Part shown: one piece after another, positions 37,701 to 46,389 of the stretch
Layout: each line of letters opens with the position of its first letter
Numbering within the stretch: position 1 is the stretch's first letter
Sequence record: NZ_CP118109.1
Reading direction: 5' to 3' (one strand)
From: a plasmid
DNA: 64,000 nucleotides
Translations under genes and position numbers: made by a program
Notes under the pieces: model-generated
The model's database searches: none
Seen by the model: the letters and a program-made list of their open reading frames with translations, nothing else
Told to the model about the DNA's origin: nothing

Positions 37701-38211
37701 AGAACTCTTTCCGGAAGTCTTCAAGCGCATCGTCTGGCGAAAACCCTACAACGAGTGGTTTCTCTTCTTCCATCATGCCGAAACCAAACAAGTCTAATTC
37801 TTCTTCTGATCCACTAGCCATAGACTTAAGATCTTCACGCATGATGTAGTCCTTTAGCAGCTCCCGAGCTTCAAGCATAAAGTTATCAGGATTGTTTCTC
37901 ACTGCTTTCCGAAATGCCTTCCAAGCCTTGTCCTTGATGCCGTATTTCTCTAAAAAAATAGCTTTTGAAGCTTTATGGAAATCACTTTTAAGGTGGCGAT
38001 TCTTCGTCATATAAGCTTCGCAGCCTGGGATCGGTTTGATCCCTTCCTCTTTGCATGCCGTTATAAAATCGGGAATAGCCCCGCAAACGCCGTGATCCGT
38101 AATGGCGAGCGCGGAGCTACCGATTTCCTTTGCACGCTTGACGAGGTCTTTTACGGTAGAAAGACCATCAAGCTCTGAGTATTCACAGTGTACATGTAAA
38201 TGATTGATCAT
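34756..38211 (-). CDS. dnaE: DNA polymerase III alpha subunit (DnaE-type, N-terminal PHP domain)
   Basis: PHP HVHCEYSELDG...ITDHG; GFEVGPGRGSAAGSLVAFVIGIT; RBS aaggagag. Confidence 0.9.
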   Translation of the reverse strand: MINHLHVHCEYSELDGLSTVKDLVKRAKEIGSSALAITDHGVCGAIPDFITACKEEGIKPIPGCEAYMTKNRHLKSDFHKASKAIFLEKYGIKDKAWKAFRKAVRNNPDNFMLEARELLKDYIMREDLKSMASGSEEELDLFGFGMMEEEKPLVVGFSPDDALEDFRKEFYELIKHDNFHIVLMATNQQGLEDLYEIISDAHISGFYSNPRTDLAFIRDRGLGKHIIATSACLGSYLARFALAGDLAECRSFIQECKETFHSFYLEKQATRIPEQIRLNEIIDQLALETNTPKIVTTDVHYANKDDRDIHDILVASSMNKCIHDNDRLVYAHEFWMKSEDEIREIINDDEAIENTLRIAELVDVDLPKDPLFPKYIVDENDTAEEQLEKLAWNRLFTYALKTPIDLEQYSQQLQYELSVINPLGFADYFLIVSDYINWAKENGFEVGPGRGSAAGSLVAFVIGITTIDPIKWDLMFERFLNPERAGYPDIDVDFSYEGARAVQEYMKQKYGDLNVAQIGTYGTLAGRSVIRAVGKALGYGAQDQDRFAKSIPETPGITLDKYINKNGKEVDGAYQISPETRMYADRYPEWWQAAKALEGHVRSAGVHAGGIVLSPKPLTNTVPLRLDKEGLTTTQYDMEWIEKFLVKFDILKLSTLDLIKKTKQNAGIMELDLNTINFNDPKIYEEIYNKLNLSGIFQCESDLFRGIIKDMEPSNVEDISVIVALGRPGPLDLIPSYIRRKKGQERVTYPFDSLEPVLGKTYGIWVYQEQIMKASMILGGFTTGQSDILRKAISKKNHALMEEWINYMIYGSAEKDAELIAKGKEPLNIPGAISLGYDEATLLKIKEDWIKFGDYCFNYAHSACYAVLSVMTAYLKAYYPTEFMAALMTISEGKLKDGVPRNVAYMKECEEMGISILPPDINYSNDSWTPINAQEGEEGLGKILYGLASIAGVSSKDLDVITECRPFKEFDDFLLANRTMKLNKTKTSNLIKSGSFDTISDNRNLLLRRYFEYRGEEFEHMPSKTTKKDIIAYEREMLGTNVSIRSRWDSIEDGRENITFTGYIIESKPFTAKSSGKVTGKAKIETAEDELSLVIFNKIWSKNADDFIIGRKIKVVGKRSGSDLIVDKITYMDHAEQSEEEIMNQFQVEFS

Positions 38212-38233
38212 AGATGACTCGCTCTCCTTGCGA

Positions 38234-38530
38234 TTAATCTTTCGACTGGCCTTCCCCGATCACGTCGAGCGATGAAATAATTGGCCCAAATCTTCCATCT
38301 GCGCGCTTTACAACAGTAGTTGGAGCTACAGGCGATCCAATAACAACCATGCCTCCTACGCCGCTAGTTAGAATGATGGAGCGTGTTTTTCTTCCTTGTG
38401 TCATGTCCACATAGCGCCCATCGTCTTTAGCTTGAGTCATCATGCGACGTATTGGTGAGCTGTCTGGACGACTGATTGAAATGATCTTGCTTTCTTCAAT
38501 GAAATTTCCAAAACCGATATCGATGTACAT
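38234..38530 (-). CDS. remA: RemA/YlzA (DUF370) family DNA-binding regulator
   Basis: IDIGFGNFI, SRPDSSPIRR, GRKTRSII, EGQ: matches RemA hallmark segments. Confidence 0.65.
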   Translation of the reverse strand: MYIDIGFGNFIEESKIISISRPDSSPIRRMMTQAKDDGRYVDMTQGRKTRSIILTSGVGGMVVIGSPVAPTTVVKRADGRFGPIISSLDVIGEGQSKD

Positions 38531-38533
38531 AAG

Positions 38534-39397
38534 TTAATCCACCTTTGAGAAAGTTATATTTTTCTCAGCTACTTCGCGCACAAGATCTCCATTTGTGTCG
38601 CCGGTGATTACGTCGGGGATAGGTCTGCCTTCTTTTATAGCAGCTCTGATATTTTCGACATCCTTATAAGCTTCGCTGCCGAAGTTAAACGGATTAGGAT
38701 TACGGATACTACCATCATTCTTGGCACTATCTGAGTGGCAGTAGATATTAAAAGGGCAATCTTTGCACTTATAATTGCTCGGCGTATATCCTTTTTCAAG
38801 CGGAGGGAGCATTCTGTCTTTGGCCAGCTGTATACATTCGTTTGCTTTTTGCTCTAGCTTCTTGCCGTATACAGGGTCGTAATTCATGTGGTATTCCCAA
38901 ACGTCTTGTGTATCCTTCTCTTCAACGAAAATGATTCCTTTGTGGATGCCAGATAAATGCATGTAAAACGTAAGCTGCGCTTTATGTTCAGCCTTTGGTT
39001 TATTGTTTTCTTTCATCCACTTAAAGCTATGACTGAATGCGCTCTTTAGTTCCACCAAGAACTTTTCCCCAAAGGGATTTAGAAAGCTTGGAATACTGAT
39101 AAGCGCATCCGTATGTCCGCTGATATCGTCCCGCTCTAACTTCATTTCTGCCTGAACGAGGACTCCCATATCAGCGAACAATTTCTCGTAACGGTGATGC
39201 ATGCTATGACCATTTTCGAAGATTCGGATGAGCTGCGGATCAGTTTCTGGCTTCGGAACCATAAGCATATCGAATACGATTTTCCGCTTACACATGCCGA
39301 TCGTAGAAGGATGAAGCTTTCTCATCGGCCTTGTTTCATTGGCTAGTTTCTTTTTTTGATGTCGTTCGATATAGGTTTGAAGCAATCCCGCCATCAT
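38534..39397 (-). CDS. Cas4/RecB-like PD-(D/E)xK nuclease with Cys cluster
   Basis: GHTDALI, FLVELK (ExK), QLTFYMH, CKDCPFNIYC. Confidence 0.55.
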   Translation of the reverse strand: MMAGLLQTYIERHQKKKLANETRPMRKLHPSTIGMCKRKIVFDMLMVPKPETDPQLIRIFENGHSMHHRYEKLFADMGVLVQAEMKLERDDISGHTDALISIPSFLNPFGEKFLVELKSAFSHSFKWMKENNKPKAEHKAQLTFYMHLSGIHKGIIFVEEKDTQDVWEYHMNYDPVYGKKLEQKANECIQLAKDRMLPPLEKGYTPSNYKCKDCPFNIYCHSDSAKNDGSIRNPNPFNFGSEAYKDVENIRAAIKEGRPIPDVITGDTNGDLVREVAEKNITFSKVD

Positions 39398-39412
39398 CCG
39401 ACCCCCTCCATG

Positions 39413-39432
39413 AAATGTAATGCGTTACATTT
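39413..39432. promoter_or_regulatory. palindrome AAATGTAATGCGTTACATTT between TTTATAAT and RBS
   Basis: direct read. Confidence 0.6.
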
Positions 39433-39482
39433 CAATTATAAACGAGATAATAGAAGGAATCAAGAGAAAAACGGAGATAAAC

Positions 39483-39731
39483 TTAATTATCTCCGCTTAC
39501 TGCCTCTTCATCTTCGGTTGTGAGATCTGAATACATTTCTCGGTTGCATAAGACAATTTGATTAAAGAACTTACTGGGTACAATTAGATTTCCTGCAACA
39601 ACATAGTTATCTCGTTCAGTGATTTCTTTCAGTCTTAGTTCCAATGGAAAATGATTTAAGTTGTTCGAACAATCCAAGGTGGCAACTCCAGCAATCATAG
39701 TGTTCTCGTTAAAGTTCATCATCGTAGACAT
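39483..39731 (-). CDS. hypothetical protein
   Basis: ORF track. Confidence 0.4.
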   Translation of the reverse strand: MSTMMNFNENTMIAGVATLDCSNNLNHFPLELRLKEITERDNYVVAGNLIVPSKFFNQIVLCNREMYSDLTTEDEEAVSGDN

Positions 39732-40498
39732 TTTATTTCTCCCTTTACACGTTTTTCGCGGAAGCTATCAGCGATTCGTTTTCGAATGCGATAAACAGAT
39801 CGATGATGGAGCCCGTTAATTCGAGCAATCTCTCTATCTGTCATGCCTTCATCGTAAGCCTTAAGAAGAATAAATCTTTCGCTATAACTCAGTTCTTTGA
39901 ACAAATCGCTACCTACTATGCCGTTCAACCACAGAATATTGTCCAGTTCAGTATACTCATCAACCTCCATATTTAGAGGCTCATAATAATACTTGTTTTC
40001 TATGATGCTGTCTATGGCTCGATCGTCATTTATGTAGCGGTCATCTTTGTAAGAGTACTGTTCTTCTTCCATACTCTCGAACATCTTATTATCCACAAAC
40101 CGCTTTACTCGGTATCTAAACACACTGTATACATATCGGCTAAAGCCGAATCCCATTTCTTTATAGGAGTGCGCACATTCTAACAATACGATTAGCAGCT
40201 CATGCTCAATCTCCGCTATATCATAGACGGAGAAAGTGTCTCGAATGTTCTTGATGACATCATAAACCTTCTCGATCGTTTCGCTTTTGCATCCTCCAGC
40301 TTTACAAAGATCATTGATGATTTCAGCTTCCCGAATGAAGCAGGATAAAAATCGCTTAGAATCATAGCTTTTAAAATCCATTTCTCCGTAGACGAGAAGC
40401 CTGCTGTATCTTCGTATCATCTTGTGATATCTTCTCATCAGAGGATTGGCATCGCCTTCTTCAAGATAACTATGAAGCGGATCGTGTTGCTTCTTCAT
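39719..40498 (-). CDS. sigma-70-family sigma-factor-like protein (region 4 HTH)
   Basis: MTDREIARINGLHHRSVYRIRKRI; RBS gaggaagg. Confidence 0.5.
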   Translation of the reverse strand: MKKQHDPLHSYLEEGDANPLMRRYHKMIRRYSRLLVYGEMDFKSYDSKRFLSCFIREAEIINDLCKAGGCKSETIEKVYDVIKNIRDTFSVYDIAEIEHELLIVLLECAHSYKEMGFGFSRYVYSVFRYRVKRFVDNKMFESMEEEQYSYKDDRYINDDRAIDSIIENKYYYEPLNMEVDEYTELDNILWLNGIVGSDLFKELSYSERFILLKAYDEGMTDREIARINGLHHRSVYRIRKRIADSFREKRVKGEIKCLR

Positions 40499-41054
40499 AT
40501 TCCTTCCTCACGTCCTCCAGATCAATCTCGTCAGCTTTCCGAAAGATCCGAAGCTCGAAGTAAGGCTGAATGCCGGAATCTTTTTCTAAATAGTGAAAAT
40601 CTTTTACTCTTGGCAGGGCATAGTGGTCGTTCTTGTAAATGACGCCTTCTAAAGCATCCATCATTAGCTTGAAGACATTATGAGTATCACGTTTCTTCTC
40701 ATCTGGAAAGTAGGCTGTAAGTTCAAGCACGACTTTATCTTTTGTCGTCATTTTCCAATCATTTTTTAAGCTCCAGGCGTAAGCCAAAGCGTGCCATTTT
40801 TCAAATAGATCTTCTGCCGGCTTCGTCAGCTTCTTGCCGCCTCTGCCCGTATTTTCATAGATATGGTTAACGGAAGGGTAGAAACCAGGGTCTCCAAGTG
40901 CCTCTACATGGGTGTAAACTTTCTTCACTGGCTTTAGCTTGCCCTTGCCGTTTAACTCCTTTTTAATCTTCCATCTTCCAGTGACGGGGTCCTTTTCTTT
41001 CTCATAAGACTTATAGCTCCCGAACATCATCATCGGCAGGATAAGTGTTTCCAT
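40470..41054 (-). CDS. rusA: RusA-family Holliday junction resolvase
   Basis: PSVNHIY and DTHNVFKLMMDALEGVIYKNDH; RBS aaggaga. Confidence 0.65.
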   Translation of the reverse strand: METLILPMMMFGSYKSYEKEKDPVTGRWKIKKELNGKGKLKPVKKVYTHVEALGDPGFYPSVNHIYENTGRGGKKLTKPAEDLFEKWHALAYAWSLKNDWKMTTKDKVVLELTAYFPDEKKRDTHNVFKLMMDALEGVIYKNDHYALPRVKDFHYLEKDSGIQPYFELRIFRKADEIDLEDVRKEYEEATRSAS

Positions 41055-41067
41055 GATCGGTATCTCC

Positions 41068-41322
41068 TTAGTAGTAAATAATGCGAATATCGAAGTCGTC
41101 GTGGATCAATACTAATGGCTTGATAATCTGAAGCACCTTTATATGACCCTCGGACTCCCTCATTGATAAAGGAAGTAACACTTTGTCGTATTGCTTACCC
41201 CTCATTGCTTCTTTCGTGAGACTATCGAATCCGATCACATCTATATGACTTAGCTTGGTTACTGTTTTAACACAGGAGGTTTCGCCCTCTATGATCATTA
41301 AGATGTCTGTATTTTTAGCCAT
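41068..41322 (-). CDS. hypothetical protein
   Basis: ORF track. Confidence 0.45.
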   Translation of the reverse strand: MAKNTDILMIIEGETSCVKTVTKLSHIDVIGFDSLTKEAMRGKQYDKVLLPLSMRESEGHIKVLQIIKPLVLIHDDFDIRIIYY

Positions 41323-41696
41323 TATTTATTCACCTTTATTGCCATCGTGGGAATGTGCATACATGTGATAATTAATGCTTCACCAATGAAGCGTCCTTCA
41401 CTATCGTATCGCTTGTTGTAATTAAGATCACGGCCAGTAAATTTTTCTGGATCAAGTCCGTATTCTTGCTTTACATACTTCAAGACTGTCGCCTCTAAGA
41501 TAGCGTCACGAGTAATATTCACCTGATCTTTCATTCGGAGCTCGTCCCATTCAGCTTCTTCCTCGTCAGCGATCTTATTCATAACAGCGCAGAACTCATC
41601 GAAGGTTAGTCTGCAGGTGCGGCCAAGTTCATCAAACTGCTCCGGCTCCAAGATAAAGTCAATGTTCGTGACTCCTTGTTCGGACTTTTTTGACAT
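41322..41696 (-). CDS. hypothetical acidic protein (start uncertain; track extends to 41786)
   Basis: internal ATG 14 nt after stop of the upstream small ORF. Confidence 0.4.
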   Translation of the reverse strand: MSKKSEQGVTNIDFILEPEQFDELGRTCRLTFDEFCAVMNKIADEEEAEWDELRMKDQVNITRDAILEATVLKYVKQEYGLDPEKFTGRDLNYNKRYDSEGRFIGEALIITCMHIPTMAIKVNK

Positions 41697-41709
41697 CTTT
41701 ACAAGTTTC

Positions 41710-41880
41710 TCATCTTCCTTGCTCTCCGTCTGCTGGCTTTCCACTGCCCAATTCCTTTTCGGACCGATCCTCATTCTCTTTGACATCTCCTTTCTTAGGT
41801 GCTAAATCTTCCGTGAATACACCACGACCTAGGTCTTCAATAATACGATATCCTCCCATGTTTTCACCACCATTCTCCAT
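41710..41880 (-). CDS. small protein MENGGENMGGYRIIEDLGRG... (57 aa)
   Basis: first ORF after palindrome/promoter; overlaps the track ORF 41322..41786 in another frame. Confidence 0.3.
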   Translation of the reverse strand: MENGGENMGGYRIIEDLGRGVFTEDLAPKKGDVKENEDRSEKELGSGKPADGEQGR

Positions 41881-41907
41881 TATAGTCTCTATATCTCTTG
41901 TTTACTT

Positions 41908-41936
41908 AAAATGTAATGCGTTACGTTTTACATTAT
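41908..41936. promoter_or_regulatory. palindrome variant AAATGTAATGCGTTACG+TTTTACATT downstream of TGTTATAAT
   Basis: direct read. Confidence 0.55.
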
Positions 41937-41952
41937 AACACAATTTCTGCAT

Positions 41953-41978
41953 AAAAAAAGAGGGGATTTCACCCCTCC
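41953..41978 (-). terminator. terminator after protease gene
   Basis: A-run then gagggg-atttca-cccctc. Confidence 0.6.
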
Positions 41979-41980
41979 TA

Positions 41981-42874
41981 TTAGCCGATTAATTTTTCGA
42001 GATCGATAAGCCCATCGCCAGTATAAATGTCTCTGCCTGGAATACTTAAATCCTCACAGGATTCTTCTAGCTTTGCATGAACTTCTTCTAGCGTGGGCTC
42101 TACTCCTTGCCCTCTGCAGAAGCTAATATACAGTGCAATACATCCAGAGATAATAGGCGCTGCCATGCTGGTGCCGGATAGCTTCGCATAACCTCCATCT
42201 TTATACGTAGAGAAGATGTCTACACCAGGAGCCATGACTTCATTCTTGATGCCATAGTTACTGAATGGAGCTCTCTCTTTCCCTGGAGACATTGCAGATA
42301 CAGCGATTACTTCGTCATACATGGCTGGCCAACATACACCTGTATTTTCATTGCCTGTAGCAGCAACAACTATAATACCTGCGGCAGCCGCTTCTTTAAT
42401 GGCTTTGTGTAATTCCAGAGGCGGCTCGCTTGCACAGCCGAGACTCATGTTGATGATATCTACATTTTGCTCAATTGCCCACCGCAAGCCATTGATAATG
42501 GATTGAAAGTTGCCTCCTCCATTGTCTCCAAGGACTTTTGCGACATACAGCTCTGCATCAGGTGCGATCCCCACAACTCCTATTCCGTTGTCTGCCGCTC
42601 CAATGATGCCAGCAACATGTGTTCCATGCCCTTGTTTGTCTTCAGGTCCATACGGAGAGCGAGTGAAGTCTGCATAGACTTTCAAGTTCGGCTGCAGGTC
42701 TGGATGATCACGATCCACGCCCGTATCAAGGACAGCCACTTTGACTCCTTTACCGGTTGTGGTATTCCATACATCGGGTGCATTTACGGCTTCAATACCC
42801 CAATCAATAATGTCATCGCGCATCTCTGCGCCATGGGTTTGGACGATTTTATAGTCCGCCTGGGTGTCACTCAT
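41981..42874 (-). CDS. subtilisin-like serine protease (peptidase S8)
   Basis: catalytic D (VAVLDTGVD), H (HGTHVAGII), S (GTSMAAPIISG). Confidence 0.85.
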   Translation of the reverse strand: MSDTQADYKIVQTHGAEMRDDIIDWGIEAVNAPDVWNTTTGKGVKVAVLDTGVDRDHPDLQPNLKVYADFTRSPYGPEDKQGHGTHVAGIIGAADNGIGVVGIAPDAELYVAKVLGDNGGGNFQSIINGLRWAIEQNVDIINMSLGCASEPPLELHKAIKEAAAAGIIVVAATGNENTGVCWPAMYDEVIAVSAMSPGKERAPFSNYGIKNEVMAPGVDIFSTYKDGGYAKLSGTSMAAPIISGCIALYISFCRGQGVEPTLEEVHAKLEESCEDLSIPGRDIYTGDGLIDLEKLIG

Positions 42875-42915
42875 AGTTTCCTCCTATGTTTTCACCCTGT
42901 ATCCTATCTTCTATA

Positions 42916-42934
42916 ATTGTAACACGTTACATTT
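42916..42934. promoter_or_regulatory. palindrome variant ATTGTAACACGTTACATTTT
   Basis: direct read upstream of protease gene. Confidence 0.5.
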
Positions 42935-43302
42935 TACTTTTCAGTAGTTTGTGAAAAATCTATAAAGAGGTCTTGTTCTTTGATTTGATCCATATAAGCC
43001 TGGAGTTCTTCATCGGTAACAGCTATATATACTCCACATGATCGGTCGGTGATACTGCATTTTCTTCTTTCTTCAACTCTTACTCTTCCGGACATTGTCA
43101 TTTCTGTTAGTCTCGGATGAACCAGATTGCGATCCCATCCTTTTAAGAGGTCGGCCTCGTACATTTTAGCTGCAATTTCGTTAGCTGTTAAGCCATCTTC
43201 ATATTGAAGAAGAAAGCTATGTATGATGTTCTGACGAGTTGCTACATCCTGTTTAACCAGATCGAAAGACTCTTTGCGGGTGCTGCTTGTTATTGTTGAC
43301 AT
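42934..43302 (-). CDS. winged-helix DNA-binding protein (candidate regulator)
   Basis: LTANEIAAKMYE...VHPRLTEM pattern. Confidence 0.45.
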   Translation of the reverse strand: MSTITSSTRKESFDLVKQDVATRQNIIHSFLLQYEDGLTANEIAAKMYEADLLKGWDRNLVHPRLTEMTMSGRVRVEERRKCSITDRSCGVYIAVTDEELQAYMDQIKEQDLFIDFSQTTEK

Positions 43303-43317
43303 GTTAATTCGCTCCTT

Positions 43318-43812
43318 TTATGAGTTTAGAAATGCATTTATGACTGACGATAATATCAATAAAGATCCTGTAACTATTGCCATTCGCCATAATCGGTCTT
43401 CTTTCTTTTTTGTGGCTTCCCTTGTCTTTGCAGCTTTTTCTAAGTCAGCAAGTGCCTTGGCTGCTAATTCTTCTCTTTCTTGCGCCCGTCGCATGGTATC
43501 TTCGAGCCTTCTATCTTCGAGTATTCTCTCAGCTTCTCGATTATAATCTACAATGTCGGAACCTCCGGAACGACGCTGCTCTTCTTCCAGTAGATCTTGC
43601 CAGTTGCGTATTTCTTCCGGTATATACGTAACACTTCCAGGATCCTGAAGAATAGTCGCAGGCCGTATGGATATTCGCTCCATCTCTTCTCTCGCATCAA
43701 CCGGCACTGGTATATTCCAACCTATAATCTGCCCAGTGCCTTTGTGTCCTCTTAAATATATATCTTTAATTTCATCCCTTACCTTTTGCTGGTAGTTTGA
43801 CAATAGCTCCAT
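43318..43812 (-). CDS. hypothetical protein starting MELLSNY with C-terminal TM
   Basis: RBS ggggag. Confidence 0.5.
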   Translation of the reverse strand: MELLSNYQQKVRDEIKDIYLRGHKGTGQIIGWNIPVPVDAREEMERISIRPATILQDPGSVTYIPEEIRNWQDLLEEEQRRSGGSDIVDYNREAERILEDRRLEDTMRRAQEREELAAKALADLEKAAKTREATKKKEDRLWRMAIVTGSLLILSSVINAFLNS

Positions 43813-43816
43813 ATGA

Positions 43817-44083
43817 TTACTCCCCCAAATTCTGAACAATAAACGAAATGATAACGAGTATGCCGATCCCTACCATTGTCCATCCAAATCTCCGAAACGC
43901 CTTATCCACTTCTGGCCACCCGCATGTATTTACTTTCTTCGTTCCTCTGCCTCGCGGACGTACTCCTTCATGCACAATAGTACCCTTTGGCCGATCCATG
44001 CCTAGCGTTCTTGGTGTAGACGCAGGAACCTTTATCACATTCCTATGACGATCTTGATATCTTTTCATCATCTCCATGGGCAT
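43817..44083 (-). CDS. small protein with C-terminal TM
   Basis: ORF track. Confidence 0.45.
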   Translation of the reverse strand: MPMEMMKRYQDRHRNVIKVPASTPRTLGMDRPKGTIVHEGVRPRGRGTKKVNTCGWPEVDKAFRRFGWTMVGIGILVIISFIVQNLGE

Positions 44084-44452
44084 TTACCATTGAACCGCAT
44101 ATCTTGGAGTAACGCCTTTTTTGTTATAGTGATTAAGTGCATTACTGCTCATGACTCCTGTTAAATCCCCTTTCGTCTTGGAAGATACATAACGAACAGA
44201 GTGAGTGATTTCTGGCGATGAAGTATCTATTATTACTTGGATATGATCGATAAGCGCTGCTTTTTTCAGTTCACCATGAAGTTCTTCTAACATATTTGTA
44301 ATCCTATATACTCTTTTTTTACCATGCTCATTAATTTCCACAAATTGATTCAAAATGTTATCGACTATAGTCTTTGCCAAGTTTAATTTTACTTCGTTGC
44401 TAGTTAATTCAGCTTCAAAGCCATTTATATAATATTTTTTCATCAATTCCAT
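44084..44452 (-). CDS. hypothetical protein starting MELMKKY (paralog of next gene)
   Basis: shared KGDLTGVM motif and terminal W. Confidence 0.5.
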   Translation of the reverse strand: MELMKKYYINGFEAELTSNEVKLNLAKTIVDNILNQFVEINEHGKKRVYRITNMLEELHGELKKAALIDHIQVIIDTSSPEITHSVRYVSSKTKGDLTGVMSSNALNHYNKKGVTPRYAVQW

Positions 44453-44458
44453 GAGGCT

Positions 44459-44821
44459 CTACCACCTAATCCCATGAATTGGAATTATCCCTTCTTCTTT
44501 GTAACGCTCAATATCATGCTCATTCATCACGCCTGTTAAATCTCCCGCTTTTTTGGAACGCATATATCGTAATTGACAGTTAGTACAAGTCTTATTTATT
44601 ACGACGCGGACATGATAGGCAAGATCAGCAACAAGCAGCTTATCATATATTTCTTTTTCCATAGCCCTTGGGTCACTTACAGAGGGAGTTCTGTAGCGAT
44701 CCATTACGAGATGACTTTTCAATACATCTGAAACGATGTTTCCGGCTAACCTCATTATCTGGTCGTTTGTTTTTTCTTCTGCCTCGCTAATATTTAGCCT
44801 ATATCTTCTCATTAATTCCAT
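44459..44821 (-). CDS. hypothetical protein starting MELMRRY (paralog of previous)
   Basis: shared motifs; TAATG overlap. Confidence 0.5.
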   Translation of the reverse strand: MELMRRYRLNISEAEEKTNDQIMRLAGNIVSDVLKSHLVMDRYRTPSVSDPRAMEKEIYDKLLVADLAYHVRVVINKTCTNCQLRYMRSKKAGDLTGVMNEHDIERYKEEGIIPIHGIRW

Positions 44822-45564
44822 TAGCGCCACTCCATGCAATATTTTTGAGTCGGGCAGCTATCACAGTGGAAGCCTTCCCGAGGGTAGTACCAGCCTTCGT
44901 CCATCGACTTCTTAAGCATTCGAGCTGACTTATACAGTCTTTGATAGTCTGCACGCTTCCGATCTACATAGATGGACTGAGAAGTCTTTAAATGGTGTAA
45001 TACATACGTATCTACTTCTTTTCTATACATTGAATGAAAAGCTAACGCCTGCAGCGTAATACCCATATCTGTTCGCTGATAAAACTCAGTTGGACGCTGT
45101 GCTCTGGTTTGAAAGTTTACAATCTCATGCTTACCTCCTGGTGTCTCTCTGATCACAGGAATACGGCCGACAATATGAAAGTCTGGATCAATCTTTAGTC
45201 GGAAGTCTACATTAACGCCCACAGTCTTATCCGGATTGTACTGTTGCTGTCGATGGAATAGTGCGAGCATACTGAAAGCCTCCAGTTCTTTCTTGCGCTG
45301 ACTCTGCTTCTGATCGAACTTGATCTTATAGATTTTATCCTTGTCATACCAAAGGCCGGTAAACTTATCCTTCAGCTGACTCAGTGTAAGAAATTTACCT
45401 TCATGAAGATTCACATAATAATAGCTGATCGTGGCTAGCATAACCTCACGAAGCCCTTTGCTCTCCTCTGTCTTCAAGCGAGGTAGCTTATCGATATTCG
45501 TAAACTTATATTGCAAAGGGCAGGTTTTGAAATCGTAGAGCTGTTCTATTGTAATTTCTGTCAT
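44821..45564 (-). CDS. second Cas4-like PD-(D/E)xK nuclease
   Basis: N-terminal Cys plus C-terminal CDSCPTQKYC cluster. Confidence 0.5.
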   Translation of the reverse strand: MTEITIEQLYDFKTCPLQYKFTNIDKLPRLKTEESKGLREVMLATISYYYVNLHEGKFLTLSQLKDKFTGLWYDKDKIYKIKFDQKQSQRKKELEAFSMLALFHRQQQYNPDKTVGVNVDFRLKIDPDFHIVGRIPVIRETPGGKHEIVNFQTRAQRPTEFYQRTDMGITLQALAFHSMYRKEVDTYVLHHLKTSQSIYVDRKRADYQRLYKSARMLKKSMDEGWYYPREGFHCDSCPTQKYCMEWR

Positions 45565-45866
45565 AGTATCAACCTTTCTACCTCTACTACATTACCTTCC
45601 CAATCCCTGACGTCCCAAATTATATTTGCGCTATTGTTCTGTCCTAATACGACCATGACGTCAAAGTAAAGCTTATCATCCATAAGACCATACAGTCTTT
45701 CTCTTGCTCTCTTTGATATCTCTTTACCCATGATCTGCAAGTTTTCGGGAGTCAACATAAGATATTGCATGTCTATAAACGTTTCATTGGCGATTTCAAA
45801 AACCATATTTCTGATCCCCATATAGTCATAGACGTGACTCTTTAAATACGGGCGGAATAGCTCCAC
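45561..45866 (-). CDS. hypothetical protein starting (V)ELFRPY
   Basis: ORF track, GTG start. Confidence 0.45.
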   Translation of the reverse strand: MELFRPYLKSHVYDYMGIRNMVFEIANETFIDMQYLMLTPENLQIMGKEISKRARERLYGLMDDKLYFDVMVVLGQNNSANIIWDVRDWEGNVVEVERLIL

Positions 45867-46158
45867 GCAGGTTTCCCCCTCTTAATTCTTCAAGTGTTCT
45901 TTGCACTTCGCCCGTTAATCTTGCTCTATTTAGTTCATTGTTCGGCATGCCTACATAAGGAAGCTCAATAGCGTCACTCACTCTTCTGGTCAGACTTCTT
46001 TCAAGTTCAGCTCGAATCTCCTCTTCAAACATACTTTTTCCATATTCATAACTTCTTTTCATTCTTCCTTCGATGACACCGCTCGATCTAATTCTCTCCA
46101 ATATTTCCGAAGCAGTTGACTGCCTGAAACGTTTCCTGTATTCCTGCATTAACTCCAT
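45826..46158 (-). CDS. hypothetical protein starting MELMQEY
   Basis: RBS ggaggg; track ORF over-extended. Confidence 0.5.
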   Translation of the reverse strand: MELMQEYRKRFRQSTASEILERIRSSGVIEGRMKRSYEYGKSMFEEEIRAELERSLTRRVSDAIELPYVGMPNNELNRARLTGEVQRTLEELRGGNLRGAIPPVFKESRL

Positions 46159-46389
46159 AAGTAGCCCTCCTACGTTATTGATTCTGGCTTGCCTTCTCAA
46201 ATTTTTCTTGTCTGCTCTGAGCTGCTTTAAGGACGCAAACGGAAGATTCCATTTCTCTAATCCTTGCATTGATGTTATAGCTTGTTCTCATATGTCGATC
46301 TCTCATGCGGCGATATACGCTGATTCGCTCCTCAAGGCAGCGGATTGCATTTTCGTGAGCCATGCGGCCTCCTATGTACCAAGAGGAGC

